NCBI GenBank assembly: GCA_948442015.1
Contig: CAOJRP010000003.1
Location: 19,609 to 83,608 of the forward strand
Source of the DNA: an uncultured Erysipelotrichaceae bacterium
GTDB lineage: Bacteria; Bacillota_I; Bacilli_A; RF39; UBA660
Direction of reading: 5' to 3'
DNA: 64,000 bases
Under the pieces are notes generated by a model. It was not told the origin of the DNA. It did not search any database and saw nothing but the letters and a program-made list of their open reading frames with translations. Below, piece after piece: positions 1 to 8,835 of this stretch (the first letter of the stretch is position 1; each line of letters opens with the position of its first letter). The position numbers and the translations under genes are program-made.

Positions 1-434
1 GCACTTACAGGGATAACATATTCAAAACCTAGTTCATAAAACGAATAAATATTTTCTTCTTGCATTTTAGGATTATCCAACTTATTAACAGCTACGATGA
101 CTTTTTTATTCGTTTTCATTAACATATCACGAACTACTAGATCATTAGATGTAATATCTTCTCTTCCATCAACAACAAAAACGATAACATCAGATTCTTT
201 AATAGCTATTTCTGCTTGGAGTTTAATATCATTATTAAAATTACCTTCTCCTAAATCTATACCACCAGTATCTATTAGTAAAAAGTTTTTATTATTATGA
301 TTAACTGTTCCATAAATTCGATCTCTAGTTATTCCAGGAGTATCTAAAATAATAGCTTTTTTTTCACCTATTAAACGATTAAAAATGGTACTTTTGCCAA
401 CATTAGGTCTTCCTATTAAACAAACTGTTTTCAT
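1..434 (-). CDS. der: GTPase Der/EngA, N-terminal part (gene runs off the left edge)
   Basis: Not in the ORF track because there is no stop in the window. Reverse translation from the ATG at 434-432 gives MKTVCLIGRPNVGKSTIFNRL...LLIDTGG...AVNKLD. These are the P-loop, DTGG and NKLD motifs of the first Der GTPase domain. A GGAGGGG SD lies just upstream. Confidence 0.85.
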   Translation of the reverse strand, partial: MKTVCLIGRPNVGKSTIFNRLIGEKKAIILDTPGITRDRIYGTVNHNNKNFLLIDTGGIDLGEGNFNNDIKLQAEIAIKESDVIVFVVDGREDITSNDLVVRDMLMKTNKKVIVAVNKLDNPKMQEENIYSFYELGFEYVIPVS

Positions 435-486
435 ATTACCCCTCCATTTGTTGGTATTTTAGCACAATTATAAAAAAAAAGAAACA

Positions 487-897
487 CTACTTACATATTT
501 CTTTATCATCTTCTCTAAAATTATAAGTAGCATAAACACGATTATTTTTGATATATAATGTAATTTCTTCATTCATCATACTAGTATCATCACGAGAATC
601 AACAACATACATATTCTCATCTTCTTCCTTATTATTATCCTTTTTTACATAACCATGTTTTACTAAATCTTTAACTTTTATGACATCTTTTTGACCAGAT
701 TTAGATTTAATAGCATCGTAATTATCATCGCCATATAGTTGAGCACCTTTTAAAATATGTTCAACTTTGTCACAAAACATATTATTTTGAATTTTATAAG
801 ACATTTTTTGAATACCTGGTACTGCGATTGTTAAAAGAAGTGCAAGCACAGCTAAAACAGCCAACAACTCTACTAACGTAAATCCATTCTTTTTCAT
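487..897 (-). CDS. prepilin-type N-terminal cleavage/methylation domain protein (ComGC/pseudopilin-like)
   Basis: The N-terminus MKKNGFTLVELLAVLAVLALLL is the classic G|FTLxE prepilin motif plus a hydrophobic helix. A TAGGTGA SD lies upstream. Confidence 0.7.
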   Translation of the reverse strand: MKKNGFTLVELLAVLAVLALLLTIAVPGIQKMSYKIQNNMFCDKVEHILKGAQLYGDDNYDAIKSKSGQKDVIKVKDLVKHGYVKKDNNKEEDENMYVVDSRDDTSMMNEEITLYIKNNRVYATYNFREDDKEICK

Positions 898-948
898 TTA
901 TTATCACCTATTTTAATTATATAATAAAAAGAAAAAGAAAAAAAGCAC

Positions 949-1539
949 CTATTTACGTGCTAGACAGTTTTCTATACTATTATAGATTTCATCTTTGCCT
1001 TTTTTAGTAATTGATGAGAAGAAAATCACATTATCATTTTCTTTTAATTCGAAGAAATTATTAATAACCTTATCTTGTTTTTCTCTCGTACTTGTTTTGA
1101 CTTTATCATATTTTGTCGCTACAATAGTAACCGAAAGATTATAATACTTTAAAAAATTAAACATTAATAAGTCATCTTCTGTTGGTTTATGACGATAATC
1201 GATTAACATGAAAACTCTTTGCAAGTTCTTTCTATTTATTAAATATTCTTCTATCATCATCCCAAATTTATGCTGCGTTTCTTTGGAAACACTAGCATAG
1301 CCATAACCTGGAACATCGACTAAATAAAAATCTTCATTAACTAAGTAAAAATTTAATGTTTGAGTCTTGCCTGGTTTAGAACTTGTTCTGGCATAATTTT
1401 TTCTATTAATTAGAGTGTTTATAAAACTACTTTTACCAACATTACTTCTTCCAACAAGTAAAAATTCTTTTTTATTATCACTTGGATACTGACTAATTCT
1501 TGTTGCCATTGTTTTTAATTCAACAGTTTTAATTTTCAT
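949..1539 (-). CDS. engB: ribosome biogenesis GTP-binding protein EngB/YsxC
   Basis: GRSNVGKSSFINTL P-loop, DVPGYGYA and TKYDK motifs. The start is trimmed to MKIKTVELK (ATG at 1539), which follows an AAAGGTGAG SD. The longer track ORF has no SD. Confidence 0.9.
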   Translation of the reverse strand: MKIKTVELKTMATRISQYPSDNKKEFLLVGRSNVGKSSFINTLINRKNYARTSSKPGKTQTLNFYLVNEDFYLVDVPGYGYASVSKETQHKFGMMIEEYLINRKNLQRVFMLIDYRHKPTEDDLLMFNFLKYYNLSVTIVATKYDKVKTSTREKQDKVINNFFELKENDNVIFFSSITKKGKDEIYNSIENCLARK

Positions 1540-1694
1540 AAACTCACCTTTGTACAAGAATTATAAACTATATTTAAAAATAATGCAAATCTTCATTGTA
1601 TACCAAACAAATATTTGATACAATATTTATGAATACATTTGAAATATATCAGGTTCTTTCCCTTTCTTTTACAAAAAAGAAAGGTGGAATACTT

Positions 1695-2005
1695 ATGATT
1701 TCATTTTTGAAAGATCCTCTTTTATGTTCTTGTGGTACCATTATGCAATTTATAGAATTTGTCCCACCATTGGAGTGATTTACGATGAAACAAAAAACAA
1801 AAAAAAAATTGAATACATTTGTCCAAAATGTAAAACAAAAGAATTAATTCCTACTAATATTGTAGAAATGTTAGATGCTGCAGATCAAATTGATGTTGAC
1901 ACTTCTGTTCCACCTAGATTTGATTGTCCAAAATGTAATGGTAAAATGGTACCTATTTATTATATCGGAGTGAAGGGACAAGTTTACGAATATAAAGAAA
2001 ATTAA
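1695..2005 (+). pseudogene. small zinc-ribbon protein (CxC...CPKC...CPKC) with an apparent single-base frameshift near 1765-1775
   Basis: The ATG at 1695 has a strong AAAGGTGG SD and reads MISFLKDPLLCSCGTIMQFIEFVPP before stopping at 1776-1778. The -1 frame continues IGVIYDETKNKKKIEYICPKCK...CPKCNG to 2005. The track ATG at 1724 has no SD. Confidence 0.45.
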
Positions 2006-2127
2006 TTTTATAATTCAATTTCAATTTGTATTTTAAAGCGAATACTTTTTTGTATGCCTATTTTTCGGGCAGCAAACAATTGTATTTGCTTTAGTTATAT
2101 AATTATATAATGAACTTTCCTTAAAGA

Positions 2128-2160
2128 TTAAAAAATTTATACTTTAAATAAGTATAAATT
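2128..2160 (-). terminator. rho-independent terminator after the Pro/Thr-rich zinc-ribbon gene
   Basis: A perfect 10-bp stem (aatttatact at 2134-2143, agtataaatt at 2151-2160) is followed by a T-run on the minus strand. Confidence 0.65.
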
Positions 2161-3100
2161 AGAGTTTTGAACCACAATTAGAACAGATTATTGCATCTAT
2201 AGGTTCCATATTTCCACAATTAGGGCAGAATTTATCGCTACCTTGAACTGGTGGTGTTTCTTCTTTTGGTTCTTCTTGAACAACTTGTTCTTTTTTACCT
2301 TCTTGAACTTTTGGTGATGTTACTTCAGGAGTTGGTGCAACCACTGGCTCAGGTGTTGGAACTGGAGTAGGCTCTTCGGCTGATACTTGTTCAGGAACAG
2401 GCGACACATCAGGTGTAGGTACTATAGGAGATTGTACTGGTTGCTCTAAAGAAGTAACAGGAGGAACGACTTGAGGAGAAACATTTTCTTCTTGTACTGG
2501 TGATGTTACACCACTTACTGGTGGAGTTACAGGAGTTTCTTGCACTTGTTGTACTACAGGAGTAGTTGGTTCTATTGGAGTATTAATAGGTGAATCAGGA
2601 ACAACTGGTGCAGTTTCTTCTGTTGGAGGTGTAACTGGTGTACTTTCCGCAGCCTCTGTTTGATTATCACTAGAAATTGTTGTTATTTCACTATTGGAAA
2701 CTGGATTGCTTGATTCTTCTTCCGTTTGGTTTTCTTGAATGCTAGGTGGAACAACATTTTCAGTTGGTGGAGGAGTTACAGGAGTAACTGGAGCAACTGG
2801 TGTACTAGGTGCTTCAACAGTAATACTAGCAGTTGGATTAGTAGCATTAGTTTCTACCTCTGTAGTTACAATATTATTCACAGGGGGAACAGTCTCAGCG
2901 TTTACCGGTTCCACAGGGTTTGGAGTTGGAGCAGTCACAGATATTTCCGGAGTAGCTACTTGCCCTACAGGCGCAGTTTGTGTCACACCTCCTTGAACTT
3001 GACTATATTGAACTGGAGTTTGTGATGTAATCGTCGTATTTAAAGGAGCAGCAACTTCCCCTGCTACTGGTTCTTTCTTCTTCTTAAAAAAATTAAACAT
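2159..3100 (-). CDS. Pro/Thr/Val-rich low-complexity protein with a C-terminal double zinc ribbon
   Basis: 313 aa. The body is PVTPP/PTPE-type low complexity. The C-terminus reads CPNCG...CSNCG. An AAGAGGAA SD lies upstream. Confidence 0.7.
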   Translation of the reverse strand: MFNFFKKKKEPVAGEVAAPLNTTITSQTPVQYSQVQGGVTQTAPVGQVATPEISVTAPTPNPVEPVNAETVPPVNNIVTTEVETNATNPTASITVEAPSTPVAPVTPVTPPPTENVVPPSIQENQTEEESSNPVSNSEITTISSDNQTEAAESTPVTPPTEETAPVVPDSPINTPIEPTTPVVQQVQETPVTPPVSGVTSPVQEENVSPQVVPPVTSLEQPVQSPIVPTPDVSPVPEQVSAEEPTPVPTPEPVVAPTPEVTSPKVQEGKKEQVVQEEPKEETPPVQGSDKFCPNCGNMEPIDAIICSNCGSKL

Positions 3101-3210
3101 ATAAATTCCTCTTTCTATTTTCTTTACTCTAATTTCTATTATATCATTAAATTATTTGTTTTTGTAAAAATAATTTTTCTAAGTAAAAAAGTATGCACTA
3201 ATCACATACA

Positions 3211-3732
3211 TTAAATATTTTCAAAATAAACAAAATCAGATATTTCATTCCTTTGTTCATGTAATTTACTTGGGTGAGCATCTTGTGATGGATACCCAAT
3301 TGGTAATATTGCTACAGGAACTAAATTAGAAGGTATATCATAAGTTTTAATTAGTTTTTCCGGGTCGAAAGAACCAACCCAAGTTGTGCCAAGTCCCAAA
3401 CTTTGAACTTCTAGTAACATATGAGTAGTTACAATACTTGCATCAATCTCACCAAACTCTTTATTATCATACTTATCCCTTTTATAAGAAACTTCTTTAT
3501 CATAAAAGATAATTATGACAAGTTTTGCATTCCAACCATATTGGGTACAATTATTTAGTTTTTGCAATTGTTCATCGCTAGATAAAACTAATAATCTTTG
3601 AGGTTGATAGTTACATGCCGTTGGAGCTAGTCTTGCTGTTTCTAAAATCTTATCAATCTTTTCCTTTTCTACAACTTTTTCACTAAAACTACGACAAGAA
3701 TATCTTTCTTTTGCTAATTCTAAAAAATCCAT
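3211..3732 (-). CDS. nitroreductase family protein
   Basis: ERYSCRSF...ARLAPTACNYQP N-terminal signature and size (173 aa) fit the NADH/FMN nitroreductase fold. An AAAGGAG SD lies upstream. Confidence 0.8.
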   Translation of the reverse strand: MDFLELAKERYSCRSFSEKVVEKEKIDKILETARLAPTACNYQPQRLLVLSSDEQLQKLNNCTQYGWNAKLVIIIFYDKEVSYKRDKYDNKEFGEIDASIVTTHMLLEVQSLGLGTTWVGSFDPEKLIKTYDIPSNLVPVAILPIGYPSQDAHPSKLHEQRNEISDFVYFENI

Positions 3733-3781
3733 ATTTCATTTCTCCTTTTAATATTATTATACTATTAATTTTGTATAAAAA

Positions 3782-4984
3782 CTAAAAATCCTCATTCATC
3801 AAAAAATCAAAAATATTAAGATGTTTAATTCCATTTTGAGAATAATCTTCATCATTTTTAGATATTACATATTTAGGGTAATTATCTTCTATTTTTTCAA
3901 ATGCTTTAAATTCCCGTTTCCTAGTTTCTTCAAAAGACAAATCATAACAAGCCTGAACATATTTAATATCTTTATTTTTTGTAGCTATAAAATCTATCTC
4001 ACCATTATCAATTTTTCCAATATACACATCATAACCTTTATTAATTAACTCATTATATACAACATTTTCAAAAGCCTGCGAATAAGTAATCTCTTTCTTA
4101 TTCGCTTTAATTTTTTTTACTCCTAAATCAGTTGCATAGAATTTATTCAAAGATTTTAAAACATTTTTTCCTTGAATATCATAACGATAAACCCTATTAA
4201 CAATAAAAGTCGTACACAAAGCTTCTAAATATTTATATAGCGTATCTGTTGATATTTTATTATTATTTTTTTCTAAATAGTTTAAAACATTAGTTACCGA
4301 AAATTCTCTTGTTTCTGTTTCAAGAACATATTGTAGTATTTTATTAAATGATGTAATATCTGTTATTCCAAGTCTATCAACTACATCTTTAAGGAGTATC
4401 GAATCATAAACGTCTCTAATATAGTTTTCTCTAGATTCTAAATTATCAAACATAAATCTTTGTGGAAGAGTTCCCCATTCAAATATATCAAGAAGTAAAT
4501 CCGAATATTTTTCTTTCTTTGTGTTTGTAAGTAGAACTACTTCTTTAAAAGAAAGTGGATTAACTCTAAAACTTACATATCTTCCTGATAAATCAGTAGA
4601 TAATTCCAAAAAAGTCATCTTACTATTAGAACCAGTTATAAAAATGCTAAATTGTTCTGTAATTCTTAGTGAATTTATAGCCTTCTCAAAATCAGATATT
4701 TTTTGGACTTCATCTAAAAAAACATAATAAGTTTTTTTGTCTTTTACCAAATTTTTAATATAATTGTTTAATTCAAATGCAGTTGTTATATCTGCATAAT
4801 CTAGAGATTCAAAATTAATATATATAATATGATTATCATTTACACCTGTAGCTTTTATTTCATTAATAATTTGTTTTAATATAACAGATTTTCCACTTCT
4901 TCTTAAGCCACATAAAACCTTAATCAATGTAGTAATATTATAGAAATCTTTTATCTTATTTAAATAAAATTCTCTTTTTAACAC
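3782..4984 (-). CDS. AAA-type ATPase with C-terminal DUF4143-like region
   Basis: Walker A GLRRSGKS and Walker B FLDEVQ. The start is trimmed to the GTG at 4984 (VLKREFYLNKI), 8 nt after an AAAGGAGG SD. The upstream extension in the track ORF has no SD. Confidence 0.8.
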   Translation of the reverse strand: MLKREFYLNKIKDFYNITTLIKVLCGLRRSGKSVILKQIINEIKATGVNDNHIIYINFESLDYADITTAFELNNYIKNLVKDKKTYYVFLDEVQKISDFEKAINSLRITEQFSIFITGSNSKMTFLELSTDLSGRYVSFRVNPLSFKEVVLLTNTKKEKYSDLLLDIFEWGTLPQRFMFDNLESRENYIRDVYDSILLKDVVDRLGITDITSFNKILQYVLETETREFSVTNVLNYLEKNNNKISTDTLYKYLEALCTTFIVNRVYRYDIQGKNVLKSLNKFYATDLGVKKIKANKKEITYSQAFENVVYNELINKGYDVYIGKIDNGEIDFIATKNKDIKYVQACYDLSFEETRKREFKAFEKIEDNYPKYVISKNDEDYSQNGIKHLNIFDFLMNEDF

Positions 4985-5119
4985 AATTAATTCCTCCTTT
5001 TCTAATATTATATCACAAAAAGAAAAAACCAAAAAGTTTTTTTGATTAATTGGAAAAACTTTTGATTTTAAAAACTTTTTTTGTTTCATTGGAAAAATTT
5101 GCTTTCAAATATTAAAATA

Positions 5120-5773
5120 TTAATCTTTATAAATCTCTTTTACTTTTTCTTCTAATAATTTAGCCAACTTGATGTGACTCTCTTCTGTTAAATGAACTCC
5201 ATCTACTCCAGTTACTAATTCTTCATTCCCTAAAAAGAAACAATTATGTTTTAAGGCTATATTCTTATAAATTTCATTTAATTCCTTTGATTTCTTTTCA
5301 GCACCAAAATATTTATCATTTTTCTTACAATAGTCTGTTTTTTCAGAAATATTTGGTGGACATACTATTAATAATTTTGGATACGTATTATCTATTTGTG
5401 ATTTTCTATTTAAAATTGTTTTAACAAAATATTCCTCTAATAAATTTCCAATTTCTAAAGCTGTTTTATTGTAAGTTGCCTTTAATTCATTTGTACCTAA
5501 CATCAATATTACTAAATCAATAGGGTCATGACTATCTAAACAAGGAATTAAATAATCATACCCATTTTTTCCTTCTTTACCTGGTCTTAAATCATTTGAA
5601 ATTAGTGTTCTACTATTTAATCCTTCTTCTATTACAACAAACTTTTCACCTAACAATTGTGATAATACTTTTGTCCATCTATTTTTATGTCTTTGATGGT
5701 CACTACCAGAAATATATCCCCAAGTATTTGAGTCTCCATAACATAATATTCTTATTTGTTTATCAAAATACAT
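5120..5773 (-). CDS. SGNH/GDSL-family hydrolase (arylesterase-like)
   Basis: Block I reads ILCYGDSNTWGY, followed by GTNE and DGVHLT blocks. Its GAGGTG SD lies inside the serS remnant. Confidence 0.8.
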   Translation of the reverse strand: MYFDKQIRILCYGDSNTWGYISGSDHQRHKNRWTKVLSQLLGEKFVVIEEGLNSRTLISNDLRPGKEGKNGYDYLIPCLDSHDPIDLVILMLGTNELKATYNKTALEIGNLLEEYFVKTILNRKSQIDNTYPKLLIVCPPNISEKTDYCKKNDKYFGAEKKSKELNEIYKNIALKHNCFFLGNEELVTGVDGVHLTEESHIKLAKLLEEKVKEIYKD

Positions 5774-5788
5774 TTTTTATTTCACCTC

Positions 5789-5821
5789 TATTTTTTCTTT
5801 TCCACCCATATAAGGTCTTAA
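5789..5821. repeat. 33-bp direct repeat core, copy 1 (tattttttcttttccacccatataaggtcttaa)
   Basis: Identical to 7312-7344. Flanking similarity decays on both sides. Confidence 0.85.
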
Positions 5822-5900
5822 CACTTCTGGCATTTTAATATTCCAGCTTCTTGATAATTATTTTTAATTAAAACAAGTAGTCCTCTAGGTCTAGCAAAAA
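5789..5900 (-). pseudogene. remnant of a serS 3' end (C-terminal ~37 codons)
   Basis: Reads ...RPRGLLVLIKNNYQEAGILKMPEVLRPYMGGKEKIEVK* on the minus strand. It is colinear with the live serS C-terminus ...TPRGLIALIENNYQEDGSIKIPEILRPYMGGKEKIWVK*. Confidence 0.8.
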
Positions 5901-5901
5901 C

Positions 5902-7209
5902 TTATTTATCGTCTATTACAACTACTTGATACTCGTCAGTGTAAATAATAGGACTGGATAATTTATCAAATTCATCAACTTTAATATTACCTTTTTTCAA
6001 GTAATTAACAATAATCGGCATTGCTCTACTAGAAAACTCTTCATACCCTTTTTCAGTAAAATAGGAAGTATTATTTGAAGAATAAGTTGGTGGCTTAGGT
6101 AGCCAGCTGATATTTTCGCTTGATAAAATATTTTTCCAAGTTTCCAAATCAACACTGTTTTTTAAAGCATCATATATGCCTTCACCATTGTAAGTAATAC
6201 GATAATATTTATTGCTATTTGTATTATTAGAAATTAATTTAACCATTTTATCAAAATCACTTTCTAAAGTTTCCATTTCCCTTTTTCGATATAATTCAAA
6301 TTCTCTTTCTGCTTTTTCTATTGCTTCTTCGTGAGTTATTTTTCCATTTCCTTCTAATATTTTCTTTCTATTTAATTTTATTTGATTATCTAATTCAACT
6401 ACCCAATCAGTCATATTCATGGGTCTTTGTTCTAATGCTTGAAGTTCAGCATAATCCAAGAATTGAGATACTAATAAATTAAGTCTTTGAAGTTCTATTT
6501 CAGATAAATAATTTTTAGCAATTTTTGTATCTTCTAAAGTAACATAATTGCCACTAAAATTAGTCATTCCAACATAAGGTTTTTCATTATTTACTCTTTC
6601 ATAAATAAGTTCTGCTGCTGTATGTTCATGAACAGCAAAATGTAACTTATTTTGGACAGTTGCAAAAAACTTCTTTGTTATATCACTTCTTGGGTTATAA
6701 TCAACGCTAGTAGCATAAATATCTGTTACTTGTTGATAAAAATTTCTTTCACTAGATCTTATATCTCTAATTCTTTGTAAAAGTTCTCTAAAATATCTGT
6801 TACCTCCCTGTTTTAATCTTTCATCATCCATTGCAAAACCCTTTTGGATATATTCATGAAGTCTTTTTGTTGCCCATATTCGAAATCGAACTGCCACTTC
6901 CGATTGTACTCTATATCCCAAAGCGATTATCATATCCAAATTATAATGATCGATATTCCTTTTTACTTCTCTACTGCCTTCTTTTTGAACTTGCAAAAAA
7001 TTCTTGCAAGTTGCATTTTCATCCAATTCTCTATCATTATATATATTTTTAATGTGTTGTTCAATATTTTGACGTGTTGTTTTATAAATATCAGCAATTT
7101 GATACTTTGTGATCCAAATATCTTCATCAATAAATTTTACACTTACTTTTGTAATTCCATCTTTATCTTGATATATCATAATATTGTTATCTAAATTTTT
7201 CACTTCCAA
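5902..7209 (-). CDS. RhuM-family protein with an extra C-terminal domain
   Basis: IYQDKDGITKVSVKFIDEDIWITKYQIADIY...NIDHYNLDMIIALGYRVQSEVAVRFRIWATKRL is the conserved RhuM N-terminal and core region. It has a TTG start after an AGAGGTG SD. About 100 further residues after ~aa 335 have no family I recognise. Confidence 0.75.
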   Translation of the reverse strand: MEVKNLDNNIMIYQDKDGITKVSVKFIDEDIWITKYQIADIYKTTRQNIEQHIKNIYNDRELDENATCKNFLQVQKEGSREVKRNIDHYNLDMIIALGYRVQSEVAVRFRIWATKRLHEYIQKGFAMDDERLKQGGNRYFRELLQRIRDIRSSERNFYQQVTDIYATSVDYNPRSDITKKFFATVQNKLHFAVHEHTAAELIYERVNNEKPYVGMTNFSGNYVTLEDTKIAKNYLSEIELQRLNLLVSQFLDYAELQALEQRPMNMTDWVVELDNQIKLNRKKILEGNGKITHEEAIEKAEREFELYRKREMETLESDFDKMVKLISNNTNSNKYYRITYNGEGIYDALKNSVDLETWKNILSSENISWLPKPPTYSSNNTSYFTEKGYEEFSSRAMPIIVNYLKKGNIKVDEFDKLSSPIIYTDEYQVVVIDDK

Positions 7210-7289
7210 ATTTCACCTCTTTTCACACTATATTGAAATAATTTCATCAAATAATTAAGAAACTAATTATCTTTTATTTAATTATATTT

Positions 7290-8573
7290 TTATTTTACCC
7301 ATATTTTTTCTTTTCCACCCATATAAGGTCTTAATATTTCTGGTATTTTAATACTTCCATCTTCTTGGTAATTATTTTCAATTAATGCAATTAAACCTCT
7401 AGGAGTAGCAACAACAGTATTATTCAAAGTATGCAGATAATATGTCCCATTTTCTCCTTTAGTACGAATACCTAAACGTCTTGCTTGAGCATCGCTTAAA
7501 TTTGAACAACTTCCAATTTCAAAGTACTTTTGTTGTCTAGGACTCCACGCTTCAATATCACAAGACTTAACTTTTAAATCAGCTAAATCGCCACTACAAC
7601 ACTCTAACTGTCTTACAGGAATATCAAATTTACGAAATAACTCAACAGTTAACTTCCACATTTTTTCATACCAATCCATTGAATCTTCTGGTTCACAAAT
7701 TACAATCATTTCTTGTTTTTCAAATTGGTGTACTCGGTAAAGACCTCGTTCTTCTAAACCATGAGAACCACCTTCTTTTCGAAAACAAGGAGAATAAGAA
7801 GTCATATTAATAGGTAGTTCTTCTTTTTTTATAATTTGATTTTTAAACTTTCCAATCATTGAATGTTCACTAGTTCCAATTAAATACAAGTCTTCCCCTT
7901 CTATTTTATACATCATCGCTTCCATTTCACTAAAAGACATAACTCCGTTAACCACATCACTTCGAATCATAAATGGTGGAATTGCATAAGTAAAACCATG
8001 TTCAATCATAAAGTCCCTAGCGCAAGCAAGCATGGCTTCATGAAGTCTTGCAATATCTCCTATAAGATAATAAAAGCCTTCTCCACTAGTACGACCAGCC
8101 GCCTCTTTATCCATGCCATTTAACCTGTTAATAATATCAGCATGATATGGTATTTCGTAATTAGGAACTACTGGTTCTCCAAATCTTTCAACTTCGACGT
8201 TTTCTGTGTCATCACGTCCAATTGGAACACTCTCATCAATAATATTAGGAATAACAAGCATTTTATTTCTTACTTCTTCAGTCAACTTAACTTGTTCTTC
8301 ATCTAACTTTTCGATTTCCTTACTCATAAGTGCTATTTCATCTTTTATCTTATTAGCTTCATCGATCTTTTTAGAAACCATCAAAGCACCTATTTCATTA
8401 CTCTTTTTCTTCTTATCAGCAATTAATGCATCTTTCTTTGTTTGAATTTCTCTTGCTTTTTTATCAAGCTCAAATACCTCATCGACTAAAGGTAGTTTTT
8501 CATCTTGAAATTTCTTTTTAATATTAGCCTTTACTAATTCTTTATTTTCTCTTATTAATTTAATATCGATCAT
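7290..8573 (-). CDS. serS: seryl-tRNA synthetase
   Basis: 427 aa with an N-terminal coiled-coil arm. Class II motifs are present (FRKEGGSHGLEERGLYRVHQFEKQE, GSCSN..DAQARRL). Confidence 0.95.
   Translation of the reverse strand: MIDIKLIRENKELVKANIKKKFQDEKLPLVDEVFELDKKAREIQTKKDALIADKKKKSNEIGALMVSKKIDEANKIKDEIALMSKEIEKLDEEQVKLTEEVRNKMLVIPNIIDESVPIGRDDTENVEVERFGEPVVPNYEIPYHADIINRLNGMDKEAAGRTSGEGFYYLIGDIARLHEAMLACARDFMIEHGFTYAIPPFMIRSDVVNGVMSFSEMEAMMYKIEGEDLYLIGTSEHSMIGKFKNQIIKKEELPINMTSYSPCFRKEGGSHGLEERGLYRVHQFEKQEMIVICEPEDSMDWYEKMWKLTVELFRKFDIPVRQLECCSGDLADLKVKSCDIEAWSPRQQKYFEIGSCSNLSDAQARRLGIRTKGENGTYYLHTLNNTVVATPRGLIALIENNYQEDGSIKIPEILRPYMGGKEKIWVK
7312..7344. repeat. 33-bp direct repeat core, copy 2 (inside the live serS 3' end)
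   Basis: Identical to 5789-5821. Confidence 0.85.
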
Positions 8574-8576
8574 TTT

Positions 8577-8822
8577 TTATCTTCCTTCCTTACTCATTAT
8601 TTTTTCAAAACGATATTTTTGTTTGGTAACATTATCACTTCTCTTACTTACATCTTCATCGCTTAAAAACGAGGATAAAGGTCTTACCCACAATTCATTA
8701 TCATGTTTATAAACAACCATTTCACTTAAATCTTCCGAATTTTTAGCAAGACACACTACTTCCATAACACTACCTTTAAAATGTTGCCATAAACTTTTTT
8801 CTTCTACTTTTTCATTTCTCAC
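8577..8822 (-). CDS. DUF1653-like small protein
   Basis: WQHFKGSVMEVVCLAKNSEDLSEMVVYKHDNELWVRPLSSF matches the DUF1653 pattern. The start is trimmed to the GTG at 8822, which follows a TAGGAGG SD. The longer track ORF would run through the T-box terminator. Confidence 0.6.
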   Translation of the reverse strand: MRNEKVEEKSLWQHFKGSVMEVVCLAKNSEDLSEMVVYKHDNELWVRPLSSFLSDEDVSKRSDNVTKQKYRFEKIMSKEGR

Positions 8823-8835
8823 AATATTCCTCCTA

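Noticed and set aside
97-300. Track ORFs lying antisense inside well-supported genes: 97-300, 2726-3025, 2739-2996, 3821-4048, 4521-4727, 5596-5838, 6831-7194, 8206-8445, 11087-11497, 16733-17089, 30238-30615, 32380-32910, 33640-33942, 41720-42118, 46311-46607, 58424-58693, 61899-62261, 63204-63455, 63546-63752 and others.
   Set aside because: Each overlaps a gene with clear family motifs on the other strand. They have no SD and a Leu/Ile/Phe/Ser-rich composition typical of antisense frames in AT-rich DNA.
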